Of a DNA stretch of 64,000 bases, positions 46,254 to 55,031 are shown piece after piece. The DNA lies in NCBI GenBank assembly GCA_905478765.1, contig CAJQJY010000012.1, positions 371 through 64,370 on the forward strand. The letters run 5' to 3'. The stretch is from an uncultured Flavobacteriales bacterium. Lineage in GTDB: Bacteria > Bacteroidota > Bacteroidia > Flavobacteriales > BACL11. A model generated the notes under the pieces. That model saw nothing but the letters and a program-made list of their open reading frames with translations, ran no database searches and was not told where the DNA came from. The stretch's first letter is position 1; each line of letters starts with the position of its first letter. The translations under genes and the position numbers were made by a program.

Positions 46254-47508
46254 AATACTAAAATTAGCTTTTGCTTTATTGATTACAATAAGTGCAGGCG
46301 CACAAAAACCAACTCTTTTTCTTGGAGCAAAAGCGCACCTTGGAAATGGAACAGTAATTGAGAATTCTGCAATTAGCATACAAAATGGAAAATTCCAATT
46401 GATTGCTGATGCTTCAGTCATCCGAATTGATCCATATGCTTTTGACACTATTTACAGGCTAAATGGGATGCATATGTATCCTTCTTTTATAGTTCCCAAT
46501 ACAACTTTAGGTATTACTGAAATTGATGCCGTTAGAGCATCACATGATTATTCTGAAACTGGAGGTTTCAATCCAAATATTCGAACTCTTATTGCTTACA
46601 ATTCTGACTCTAAAGTTGCTAAAACAGTAAGGACAAATGGGGTGCTTATCGCTCAAGTTACTCCAAGAGGAGGTCGGATTTCAGGACAATCATCAGTTAT
46701 GCATTTGGATGGATGGAATTGGGAAGATGCGGCTTTAAGGATTGATGATGGAATCCATCTGAATTGGCCTGCTTCTTATTATAATACGGGTTGGTGGGCT
46801 GAACCTGGAGAGAGTAAACAAAATAAAGAATATCAAAATAGAGTAAACGAGATTGAAACTTTCTTAACCAAAGCTAGTGCTTATGCTAGAAGCTCTAACC
46901 TTATGGACTTAAAAATGGAAAGTATGCGTAACTTATTTGATGGAGGAAAAACGCTTTATATCCATGCTGATAATGCGAATGATATGCGTGATGCAATAGA
47001 GTTAAGTAATAAACTACATCTAAAAAAACTAGTGATAGTTGGTGCTGAAGAAGCTTTAAAAATCACTGATTTACTGCTCGAAAATAACATTTCACTAATA
47101 TTAAATAGAGTTCACAGATTACCAAAATCACAAGACAGCCCAGTTGATGAGCCTTTTACTCAAGTTAAAAAACTACATGATGCTGGAGTTCATTTCTGTC
47201 TGAGTTATGAAGGGGAGATGGAGGCAATGGGCTCAAGGAATCTTTCTTTTACTGCAGGTACAACTGTTGCTTTTGGCATGGATTACGAACAAGCAGTAAA
47301 AAGTATAACTTTAAATACTGCTGAAATTCTTGGAGTTGCTGATGAAGTTGGTTCTATAGAAAATGGGAAAAATGCAACATTTTTTATAAGTGATGGTGAT
47401 GCTCTTGATATGCGAACTAATGATGTAACTAAAGCTTATATCAATGGAATTGAAATTGATTTAAACAACCACCAAAAGGAGCTATTTGAGAAGTATAAGA
47501 GCCGTTAA
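46243..47508 (+). CDS. secreted amidohydrolase-like protein lacking the HxH metal motif
   Basis: Start moved to MKNRILKLAFALLITISAGAQ, giving an 11-nt overlap with the upstream gene. YPSFIVPNTTLGITEID sits where HxH is expected. C-terminal GSIENGKNATFFISDGD. Confidence 0.75.
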   Translation: MKNRILKLAFALLITISAGAQKPTLFLGAKAHLGNGTVIENSAISIQNGKFQLIADASVIRIDPYAFDTIYRLNGMHMYPSFIVPNTTLGITEIDAVRASHDYSETGGFNPNIRTLIAYNSDSKVAKTVRTNGVLIAQVTPRGGRISGQSSVMHLDGWNWEDAALRIDDGIHLNWPASYYNTGWWAEPGESKQNKEYQNRVNEIETFLTKASAYARSSNLMDLKMESMRNLFDGGKTLYIHADNANDMRDAIELSNKLHLKKLVIVGAEEALKITDLLLENNISLILNRVHRLPKSQDSPVDEPFTQVKKLHDAGVHFCLSYEGEMEAMGSRNLSFTAGTTVAFGMDYEQAVKSITLNTAEILGVADEVGSIENGKNATFFISDGDALDMRTNDVTKAYINGIEIDLNNHQKELFEKYKSR

Positions 47509-47921
47509 GATTCCCAAATCAATTTCTTACCAAATCCTAAGCGATTGTGTGTCATTTTAGCAAAAGTGAGTTCCATTTCCCAAAGATGAGTTTCCATAAG
47601 TCTAGCGTAAGGGTATGCTTTTACATATTGCTCTTTTGCAATTTTCAGTTCCTCACCGTTCAATTCTTGTATTTCCCCTAATAATTGCACCCCTTGTATT
47701 TTGCTAATTTCTTTAGTCTCTAAAGCAATAGTTCCTGCCACATTGGGGTTTGCTATAAAATCTTGTGCGTGTTTGGTTTTAGTATCAGATGAAAAAATAA
47801 AGGAATTATTTTCTTGATTAAAAACATAATAGACATTACAACAGTAAACCAGATTATCCTTACTTGTGGCTAAAGCTAAAAGATAATGTTTATTAATAAA
47901 CTGAACTATTGCTTTATCCAT
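47505..47921 (-). CDS. YhbP-like (UPF0306) pyridoxamine 5'-phosphate oxidase family protein
   Basis: 138 aa. The C-terminal LGFGKKLIW resembles E. coli YhbP. Confidence 0.7.
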   Translation of the reverse strand: MDKAIVQFINKHYLLALATSKDNLVYCCNVYYVFNQENNSFIFSSDTKTKHAQDFIANPNVAGTIALETKEISKIQGVQLLGEIQELNGEELKIAKEQYVKAYPYARLMETHLWEMELTFAKMTHNRLGFGKKLIWES

Positions 47922-48889
47922 TAGTATCCTATCTTACCTCTTACCCTTTTTAAAACTTCAGTAGCAATAACTTTTGCTTTTTCAGCACCTTTTACAAGTT
48001 CATTATCAATGATATTTTTATTCTCCATTAAGTAATTAAATTTTTCTCTCTCTGTTTTATACTTATCGCAAATCAATTCAAAAAGTTCTTGTTTTGCATG
48101 TCCGTAACCAAAATTACCAGCAGCATACTTTGCTTTTAGTTCTGAATTTTGCTTATCCGTTCCTAAAAGCTTAAAGAGTTTAAAAACATTACAATCCTCT
48201 GCATCTTTTGGATCTTCAATAGGAGCAGAATCTGTTTTAATGTCCATTATTTGTTTTCTTAGTTTTTTATCAGCAAGGAAAATATCAATGACATTATTAT
48301 AAGATTTACTCATCTTCTGACCATCAGTACCTGGTACCATCATCACCCTTTCCTCTAACTTAGTTTCAGGTAATACAAATGAATTAGGATATTTATGATT
48401 AAACCTTGATGCTATATCTCTTGTGATTTCTAAGTGCTGAACTTGGTCCTTCCCTACTGGAACAATATGAGCATCATACAGTAAAATATCAGCTGCCATA
48501 AGAACAGGATACGTAAAAAGTCCTGTATTTACTTCTGAAAGTCTATCAGATTTATCCTTAAATGAATGTGCTAATTGCAGCCTTTGATAAGGGGCAAAGC
48601 AATTCAAATACCAAGTCAATTCACAAACTTGTGCTACATCCGATTGTCTGTAAAATAAATTTTTCTCAGTATCAAAACCAAAAGCAATCCAAGCAGCAGC
48701 AGTTGCATAAGTGTTTTCTTGTAATTGTTTTGCATCTCTAATTGTGGTAAACGAGTGCAAATCAGCAATAAAAAATAAACTTTCATTTTTTTTATCTTCT
48801 GAAAGTTCAATGGCTGGGATTATCGCTCCTAGTAAGTTTCCTAAGTGTGGAGTACCTGTACTCTGAATCCCTGTAAGTATTCTTGCCAT
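47921..48889 (-). CDS. trpS: tryptophan--tRNA ligase
   Basis: GIQSTGTPHLGN (HIGH-type) and QKMSKS. Confidence 0.94.
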   Translation of the reverse strand: MARILTGIQSTGTPHLGNLLGAIIPAIELSEDKKNESLFFIADLHSFTTIRDAKQLQENTYATAAAWIAFGFDTEKNLFYRQSDVAQVCELTWYLNCFAPYQRLQLAHSFKDKSDRLSEVNTGLFTYPVLMAADILLYDAHIVPVGKDQVQHLEITRDIASRFNHKYPNSFVLPETKLEERVMMVPGTDGQKMSKSYNNVIDIFLADKKLRKQIMDIKTDSAPIEDPKDAEDCNVFKLFKLLGTDKQNSELKAKYAAGNFGYGHAKQELFELICDKYKTEREKFNYLMENKNIIDNELVKGAEKAKVIATEVLKRVRGKIGY

Positions 48890-48925
48890 TTATCTTAAAA
48901 TTTTATGTTGCTAAAATAGGATTTT

Positions 48926-48933
48926 TATCTTTG
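48926..48933 (+). promoter_or_regulatory. -7 box TATCTTTG for the acyltransferase gene
   Basis: TAnnTTTG, 5 nt upstream of the ATG at 48939. Confidence 0.4.
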
Positions 48934-48938
48934 TCCCC

Positions 48939-49676
48939 ATGAAATGGATAGGCTATATTTTTAGTAGTATTTGGCGATTGTGGTTTTTAATCGTTTTCTG
49001 TTTAGTATTTGTACTGTTTATACCTGCACTTTTCTTTTTTACAGCAATCGTAAAAGATAATCTAATTGTAAATCATCTTACTAGATATTGGAGTATATTA
49101 TTTTTAATTTTTTCAGGTATATTTTGGAGAATTGAATTTGAAGAAGAGCTTGATAAAAATAAAAGATATATAATCTGTCCAAATCATACTTCAACTTTAG
49201 ATATTCCTTTAATTATAGCAGCCATTCCATTGCCTTTATTGTTTATGGGGAAAGCAGAATTAGCTAAAATTCCTCTTTTCGGATATTTCTATAAGAAAAA
49301 TTCAATAATTGTAAATCGATCTAAAATCAGGGATAGTTATGCTGCATTTATAAAGGCAGGCAAAAAATTAGAAGAAGGATTAAATGTATGTATTTTCCCT
49401 GAAGGAGGAATTCCTAAAACTGATATCTTCTTGAAAAAATTCAAAAACGGGCCTTTTAAGCTTGCAGTTGAAAATGATATTGAAATTATTCCTGTAACAT
49501 TAGCAGATAATAAAAAGATGTTTCCTGAAGAATACTTTAAAGGAAGACCTGGCATTGTGAGAGTAAAAATTCACAAAGCAATAGCACCTGAAAATTTGGA
49601 AGAAAAAACCATCGAAAATTTGAATACCTCAGTTTACAATACTATTTTTGAGCAATTAAAAAATTATGAGCAATAA
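48939..49676 (+). CDS. plsC: 1-acyl-sn-glycerol-3-phosphate acyltransferase
   Basis: NHTSTLD (HX4D) and FPEGG motifs. N-terminal TM helices. Confidence 0.85.
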   Translation: MKWIGYIFSSIWRLWFLIVFCLVFVLFIPALFFFTAIVKDNLIVNHLTRYWSILFLIFSGIFWRIEFEEELDKNKRYIICPNHTSTLDIPLIIAAIPLPLLFMGKAELAKIPLFGYFYKKNSIIVNRSKIRDSYAAFIKAGKKLEEGLNVCIFPEGGIPKTDIFLKKFKNGPFKLAVENDIEIIPVTLADNKKMFPEEYFKGRPGIVRVKIHKAIAPENLEEKTIENLNTSVYNTIFEQLKNYEQ

Positions 49677-49968
49677 CATTAAAGTGGATGATAAGTTAAT
49701 AGCTGATTTATCAAGATTAGCAAAACTAAAATTTAATGAAGAATCTTCTGAAAGGATGAAATCAGATTTAAAAACTATACTTGGTTTTGTTGATAGATTG
49801 TCAAAATTAGATACGGAAGGAGTAGATCCTTTAATCTATATGAGTGAAGAAGTAAATGTATTGCGTGCCGATGAAATTTCTAATGAAGTAACACAGGAAA
49901 ATGCCCTTAAAAATGCTCCTCAAAAAGATTCAGATTACTTTAAAGTCCCAACAGTTTTAAAGAAATAA
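49666..49968 (+). CDS. gatC: Asp-tRNA(Asn)/Glu-tRNA(Gln) amidotransferase subunit C
   Basis: 100 aa. LSRLAKLKFNEEESERMKSDLKTILGFVDRLSKLDTEGVDPL. Confidence 0.88.
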   Translation: MSNNIKVDDKLIADLSRLAKLKFNEESSERMKSDLKTILGFVDRLSKLDTEGVDPLIYMSEEVNVLRADEISNEVTQENALKNAPQKDSDYFKVPTVLKK

Positions 49969-49971
49969 AAA

Positions 49972-50868
49972 TTACTGTTTTAAAATAACTCCATTTTCAT
50001 TAATGTCAAGCGTACATTCTTTTCCAAAAACTAGAGCTCTATTATCATCAAAATGTCCTGCAGGAAAACCAAAGCAAATTGGGAAATTATACTCTTTAGT
50101 ATGCGATAAAATTATTTCTTCAGCTTTTTTTCCAAAGGGGATTGTATTGTCATTCATATCACTCATACTCCCAACAACTAATCCTTTTAGTTTTGTAAAC
50201 TTTCCATTGCGTTTTAGATTAATCATCATCCTATCAATATGATATAAATATTCATCCAAATCTTCAATAAATAATATTTTACCCTCTGTATCTATATCTG
50301 AATCTGAACCTAATAAAGAGTATAATATTGATAAATTTCCACCAATAATCTCGCCCTCAACCGTCCCAAATCTGTTAAGATAATGATGATGATTTATTTC
50401 GGTTAAATTACCTAACCCAAAAAGTGCAGATCGTAAACTTTCTAATGTTTTTGGAGTGTTTTTCTCAAAATTAATCGGCATAGTTGCGTGCAAACTTGCA
50501 ATCCCTAACTTATTTAAATGTGAATGTAAAACAGTAACATCACTATAACCTACAATCCATTTAGGATTATTTTTTAGCTTATAAAAATTAATCTTATCAA
50601 TTATTTGAACGGTTCCATAGCCGCCTCTCGCGCACAAAATTGCCTTAATAGAATCATCATCAATCATAGCTTGTAAATCTGTAATTCTCTGCTCTAATGT
50701 GCCTGAAAACTGATCATCAGCTTCAAATAAGTTAGACCCTAATTCTACTTTCAACCCCCAACTTTCAATAATTTTAATTGCTGCGGCCAACTCTTCATAA
50801 GTAATTTTTCGAGCTGTGGAAATAATGCCAATTTTGTTGCCAATTTTTAATTTTTCAGGTAAGATCAT
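49972..50868 (-). CDS. LD-carboxypeptidase (S66 peptidase)
   Basis: ARGGYG, nucleophile motif GYSDVT, and FPAGH. Confidence 0.85.
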   Translation of the reverse strand: MILPEKLKIGNKIGIISTARKITYEELAAAIKIIESWGLKVELGSNLFEADDQFSGTLEQRITDLQAMIDDDSIKAILCARGGYGTVQIIDKINFYKLKNNPKWIVGYSDVTVLHSHLNKLGIASLHATMPINFEKNTPKTLESLRSALFGLGNLTEINHHHYLNRFGTVEGEIIGGNLSILYSLLGSDSDIDTEGKILFIEDLDEYLYHIDRMMINLKRNGKFTKLKGLVVGSMSDMNDNTIPFGKKAEEIILSHTKEYNFPICFGFPAGHFDDNRALVFGKECTLDINENGVILKQ

Positions 50869-50895
50869 AAATGCAGTTTATTCAGTTATAAAATT

Positions 50896-50903
50896 TATCT
50901 TTG
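50896..50903 (+). promoter_or_regulatory. -7 box TATCTTTG for metG
   Basis: TAnnTTTG, 24 nt upstream of the ATG at 50928. Confidence 0.4.
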
Positions 50904-50927
50904 CGAAAATAATTTTTTCTGAGAGAA

Positions 50928-52622
50928 ATGAGTCCAAAAAGATACATAGTTACTTCTGCATTACCTTACGCCAATGGTCCTTTACATATTGGACATATAG
51001 CAGGAGCCTATTTGCCAGCTGATATTTATGTAAGATATTTAAAAGGGAAAGGAAATGATGTAGCATTTGTTTGTGGGTCAGATGAACATGGTGCCGCAAT
51101 TACTTTACGTGCTAAGAAAGATGGAGTATCCCCACAAGAAATTGTAGATAAATATCATAACATCAATAAAAAAGCATTTGCCGATTTTGGAATTGATTTT
51201 AGTATTTACCACAGAACTTCTGATGAATTACATCATGAAACAGCACAAAAATTCTTCAAAAATCTTGAAAGTAAAAATGTATTTACTAAAAAAAAAGCAG
51301 AACAATTTTATGATGAAGAAAATAAACAATTTTTAGCTGACAGATATATTAGTGGCGATTGCCCAAAGTGTAATGCTACTGGCGCTTATGGTGACCAATG
51401 TGAAAAATGTGGTTCAGCACTTAGTCCAGAAGAATTAATTAATCCAACATCAACTATAAGTGGAAATACCCCCATAAAAAAAGAAACTTCTCATTGGTAT
51501 TTACCAATGCAAGAGCATGAAGAATGGCTTAAGCCTTGGATTGAAGATGGGGTATTGAATAATGAAAATCATCACAACCCAAAAACTTGGAAAAGCCAAG
51601 TAATCGGGCAATGCAAATCATGGATTGATGGAGGGCTTCAAGCTAGAGCTATGACGCGTGATTTGGATTGGGGAGTAAAAGTGCCGGTAAAAGATGCTGA
51701 TGGAAAAGTTCTTTATGTTTGGCTAGATGCTCCTATTGGTTATATATCAGCTACTAAAAAATGGGCCGCTGAAAATAATAAAAATTGGGAAGATTACTGG
51801 AAAAATGAAGACACTGAATTAGTGCATTTTATTGGAAAAGACAATATTGTTTTTCATTGTATTATTTTCCCAATCATCTTAAAGGCACATGAAGGATATA
51901 TTTTACCAACAAATGTCCCTGCAAACGAGTTTTTAAATTTAGAAGGGGAAAAATTATCTACCTCTCGTAATTGGGCAATTTGGTTACATGAATATTTAGA
52001 GGATTTCAAAGGGCAAGAAGATGCCTTGCGTTATGCACTTTGCGCTACTGCCCCTGAAAATAAGGATACTGATTTTACTTGGGCTGATTTTCAGGCTAGA
52101 AACAACAATGAATTAGTTGCCATCTTTGGAAATTTCATCAACCGTGTAGTGGTTTTAACAAATAAATATTGGGATGGAATTGTTCCGACTTGTAACACGC
52201 TTGATACTTATGATAAAGAGGTGTTAGAAAAACTGAAGGCATTCCCTGATAAAATTGGGGCCTCTATTGAAAAATATCGTTTCCGTGAAGCTTTGGGTGA
52301 ACTGATGAATTTATCCCGATTAGGAAATAAATACTTAGCAGATACTGAACCTTGGAAATTGAAAAAAACTGATGAACAAAGAACAGAAACTATCCTTAAT
52401 ATTTCCCTGCAGATTGCGGCCTCTTTAGCCATTTTATCTGAGCCTTTTATGCCTTTTTCATCTAATAAATTAAAAGATATATTAAGCCTTAATAAGGTAA
52501 ATTGGAATGATGCTGGAGGAATAATTATAAATAAGAATCATAAAATTAAGCCTGCGACTCATTTGTTCAATAAGATTCAGGATGAGCAAATTGAAACCCA
52601 ATTAGAAAAATTAAATCAATAG
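50928..52622 (+). CDS. metG: methionine--tRNA ligase (short form, no C-terminal tRNA-binding domain)
   Basis: [13 protein letters not shown], zinc knuckles CPKC..CEKC, and the KLSTS variant of KMSKS. Confidence 0.93.
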   Translation: MSPKRYIVTSALPYANGPLHIGHIAGAYLPADIYVRYLKGKGNDVAFVCGSDEHGAAITLRAKKDGVSPQEIVDKYHNINKKAFADFGIDFSIYHRTSDELHHETAQKFFKNLESKNVFTKKKAEQFYDEENKQFLADRYISGDCPKCNATGAYGDQCEKCGSALSPEELINPTSTISGNTPIKKETSHWYLPMQEHEEWLKPWIEDGVLNNENHHNPKTWKSQVIGQCKSWIDGGLQARAMTRDLDWGVKVPVKDADGKVLYVWLDAPIGYISATKKWAAENNKNWEDYWKNEDTELVHFIGKDNIVFHCIIFPIILKAHEGYILPTNVPANEFLNLEGEKLSTSRNWAIWLHEYLEDFKGQEDALRYALCATAPENKDTDFTWADFQARNNNELVAIFGNFINRVVVLTNKYWDGIVPTCNTLDTYDKEVLEKLKAFPDKIGASIEKYRFREALGELMNLSRLGNKYLADTEPWKLKKTDEQRTETILNISLQIAASLAILSEPFMPFSSNKLKDILSLNKVNWNDAGGIIINKNHKIKPATHLFNKIQDEQIETQLEKLNQ

Positions 52623-52676
52623 ACTTATTCTACATGCACAATAAATACTATGTTAGTTATCTAAAATATAATTACT

Positions 52677-53780
52677 ATGAAAAAACTATCTACACTGCTT
52701 GCTTTAGCTCTTATTAGTACCTTTACTTTTGCACAATGTAACGGAAGGTATCAAACAGAAATTTTCAATTCGGTTACTGTTACTGAGGTCAATTATTCTG
52801 ATGTTTATTCCGATAATGCACATAAAATGGATATTTACACTCCTGATGGAGACACTGAAATAAATCGTCCTGTAATTTTATTTATGCATGGAGGATCATT
52901 TTATGCAGGAGATAAAACAGATTCATATTGCGTAGATTTTTGCACAGCTTTTGCAAAAAAAGGATATGTTGTTGCTTCTGCTAATTATCGTTTAGTTTCT
53001 TTAATTAATTTTGGTGGTTTTTTAACTAATCAAAATGAGCAATATGAAGCAGTACTAAAAGCCACAGTAGATATTAAGGCAGCTATTCGTTTTTTTAGAA
53101 AAGATTTTGCAAATGGTGATACTTATAGAATTGATCCTAACACTATTTTTGTTGGAGGAAGTTCTGCTGGAGCTATTACTGCAATTCATTTAGCTTACAT
53201 TGATAATGTTAGTGATTTACCAACAACCCCATTTAACATTCAAGCGATAGCTAATAATCTAGGAGGTCTTGAAGGAGATGCAGGTAATTTAGGATATAGT
53301 TCTACTGTTAATGGTGTTATTAGCTTTGCAGGGGGGATTGGTAATATTAGTTGGATAGACCCTAATGACGAACCGCTTGTAAGCTGCCAAGGTGATGCCG
53401 ATCAAACTGTTAGTTACAACTGCGCACCTGGTCTTGGACAAGCAACAGTTCTTGAACTTTGTGGTAGTGGTGAGATGCATCCCCAAGCTAATTTAGTTGG
53501 TTTAGTAAATAATAAGTTATTATTTCCAGGAGCAGACCATAGTTGGTGCACTTCAGGAAACAGTTCTAATTTTACACAAGCTCTTGATTTCACAACAAAC
53601 TTCCTTTATCCTTTGTTGCCATGCAACAATACTACTGCTATTGCTGAAGTAAATTCTACACAAAGAAAATTACTAAAAATTACTGATGTATTAGGTAGAG
53701 TAACAACTGCAAAAAGAAATACTCCTTTATTTTATATCTATGTTGATGGTAGTGTAGAAAAGAAAATAATTCTAAACTAA
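52677..53780 (+). CDS. alpha/beta hydrolase (esterase/lipase-like), T9SS-secreted (type A CTD)
   Basis: Signal peptide, oxyanion HGGSF, nucleophile elbow GGSSAGA, and C-terminal KITDVLGRV..PLFYIYVDGSVEKKIILN. Confidence 0.8.
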   Translation: MKKLSTLLALALISTFTFAQCNGRYQTEIFNSVTVTEVNYSDVYSDNAHKMDIYTPDGDTEINRPVILFMHGGSFYAGDKTDSYCVDFCTAFAKKGYVVASANYRLVSLINFGGFLTNQNEQYEAVLKATVDIKAAIRFFRKDFANGDTYRIDPNTIFVGGSSAGAITAIHLAYIDNVSDLPTTPFNIQAIANNLGGLEGDAGNLGYSSTVNGVISFAGGIGNISWIDPNDEPLVSCQGDADQTVSYNCAPGLGQATVLELCGSGEMHPQANLVGLVNNKLLFPGADHSWCTSGNSSNFTQALDFTTNFLYPLLPCNNTTAIAEVNSTQRKLLKITDVLGRVTTAKRNTPLFYIYVDGSVEKKIILN

Positions 53781-53783
53781 AAA

Positions 53784-54134
53784 TTGGCAAAGCACAACAA
53801 ACTAAGGAAAGATGGCGAGTTAATTGCCTTTATGGTTTTGCAAAGAGATGGTTTCACTATTCTGGAAACAAATTGGTATTTCCAAAAATCAGAAGTAGAT
53901 ATTATTGCTCAAAAAGATAGATTTTTAATTTTTATTGAAGTGACAACTAGCAGTAATAAAAAGTTTGGAAATTCATCTGAGTCAATAGATAAGAAAAAAA
54001 TCAGGCTCTATAAAGATGCAGTAGAAGGCTATTTAGAGCAATACCCATCTGACTTGGAAGTTAGGTTTGATGTTGTTAATATTATAATAGGAAAAGACGA
54101 AACTGAAATAGAACATATCAGTAACGCATTTTAA
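53784..54134 (+). CDS. YraN family (UPF0102) endonuclease-like protein
   Basis: 116 aa with TTG start. GELIAFMVLQRDGFTILETNW..EVDIIAQKD..FIEV. Confidence 0.75.
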   Translation: MAKHNKLRKDGELIAFMVLQRDGFTILETNWYFQKSEVDIIAQKDRFLIFIEVTTSSNKKFGNSSESIDKKKIRLYKDAVEGYLEQYPSDLEVRFDVVNIIIGKDETEIEHISNAF

Positions 54135-54168
54135 GTTATTCCGCTGTATATTTGCAAAAATTTTCATC

Positions 54169-54975
54169 ATGAAAAGAGAAGGGAAATCAAGAAAAGATTT
54201 TAATACAAAACCAACAAAAAAATCTTCATTCAGAAAAAAGCAAAAAGCTAAAAAGAGAGTTAAAGATGGGATGATGAGATTAAATAAATTTATCGCTAAT
54301 GCTGGAATTTGTAGCAGAAGAGAAGCGGATAAATTTATTGAAGCTGGTGTTGTTTCCGTAAATGGAGTCGGTATTACAGAAATGGGACACAGAGTTTGCT
54401 TTACTGATGTTGTTAAATTTAATGGTCAAAAATTAAAGTCAGAGACGCCAAGGTATGTGCTTTTGAATAAACCAAAAAACTATTCAGGGAGGGTTGAAAG
54501 CGGTACAACTACATCATCAGTAATGCAACTAATCGCAGCTGCTTGTAAAGAAAGAATTTATCCTATAGATAAATTAAATAAATCTGAAACTGGTCTTTTA
54601 CTCTTTACAAATGACAGTGATTTAGCGAAAAAATTAACTGATAAAAGTCAGAAGTTAAAAGCAATCTATCAAATTACATTAAATAAAAATCTAACACAAA
54701 CAGATTTAGAAAAAATTAGGGAAGGATTTCTTGTTCATGGAAAAACTTGCTCTTTTGATTCAATTTCTTACATTCAGAATAAAGATAAAAATGAAATTGG
54801 TATTGAACACAGCAGAGGTGGAACTAAATATGTAAAAAATATTTTCGAAAAGTTTAACTACCAAATTATAAAACTAGATAGAGTATTCTTTGGTGGCTTA
54901 ACCAAGAAAGATCTGCCTAGAAAACATTACAGACATCTAACGCAAGATGAGCTCAATATTTTAAAACGACTTTAA
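54169..54975 (+). CDS. RluB/RsuA-family pseudouridine synthase homologue with substituted active site (GRLD replaced by DKLN)
   Basis: Basic N-terminal tail and S4 domain MRLNKFIANAGICSRREADKFIEAGVVSVNG. Core motif YPIDKLNKSETGLLLFTND, where E. coli RluB has VGRLDVNTCGLLLFTTD. Confidence 0.8.
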   Translation: MKREGKSRKDFNTKPTKKSSFRKKQKAKKRVKDGMMRLNKFIANAGICSRREADKFIEAGVVSVNGVGITEMGHRVCFTDVVKFNGQKLKSETPRYVLLNKPKNYSGRVESGTTTSSVMQLIAAACKERIYPIDKLNKSETGLLLFTNDSDLAKKLTDKSQKLKAIYQITLNKNLTQTDLEKIREGFLVHGKTCSFDSISYIQNKDKNEIGIEHSRGGTKYVKNIFEKFNYQIIKLDRVFFGGLTKKDLPRKHYRHLTQDELNILKRL

Positions 54976-55031
54976 ATACCATATTCCAGATACTTTCGTT
55001 ATTGCTTTGATTATCGTAATTTTACAACTTA

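Noticed and set aside
50869-50927. CTGAGAG just upstream of metG, considered as a riboswitch or T-box fragment
   Set aside because: The leader is only about 24 nt after the -7 box, far too short for a riboswitch, and no further conserved elements are present.
51940-51970. metG carries KLSTS instead of the canonical KMSKS loop
   Set aside because: All other class I signatures (HIGH motif, zinc knuckles, anticodon-binding domain) are intact. I believe this variant is common in Bacteroidota MetRS, so it is not evidence of inactivation.
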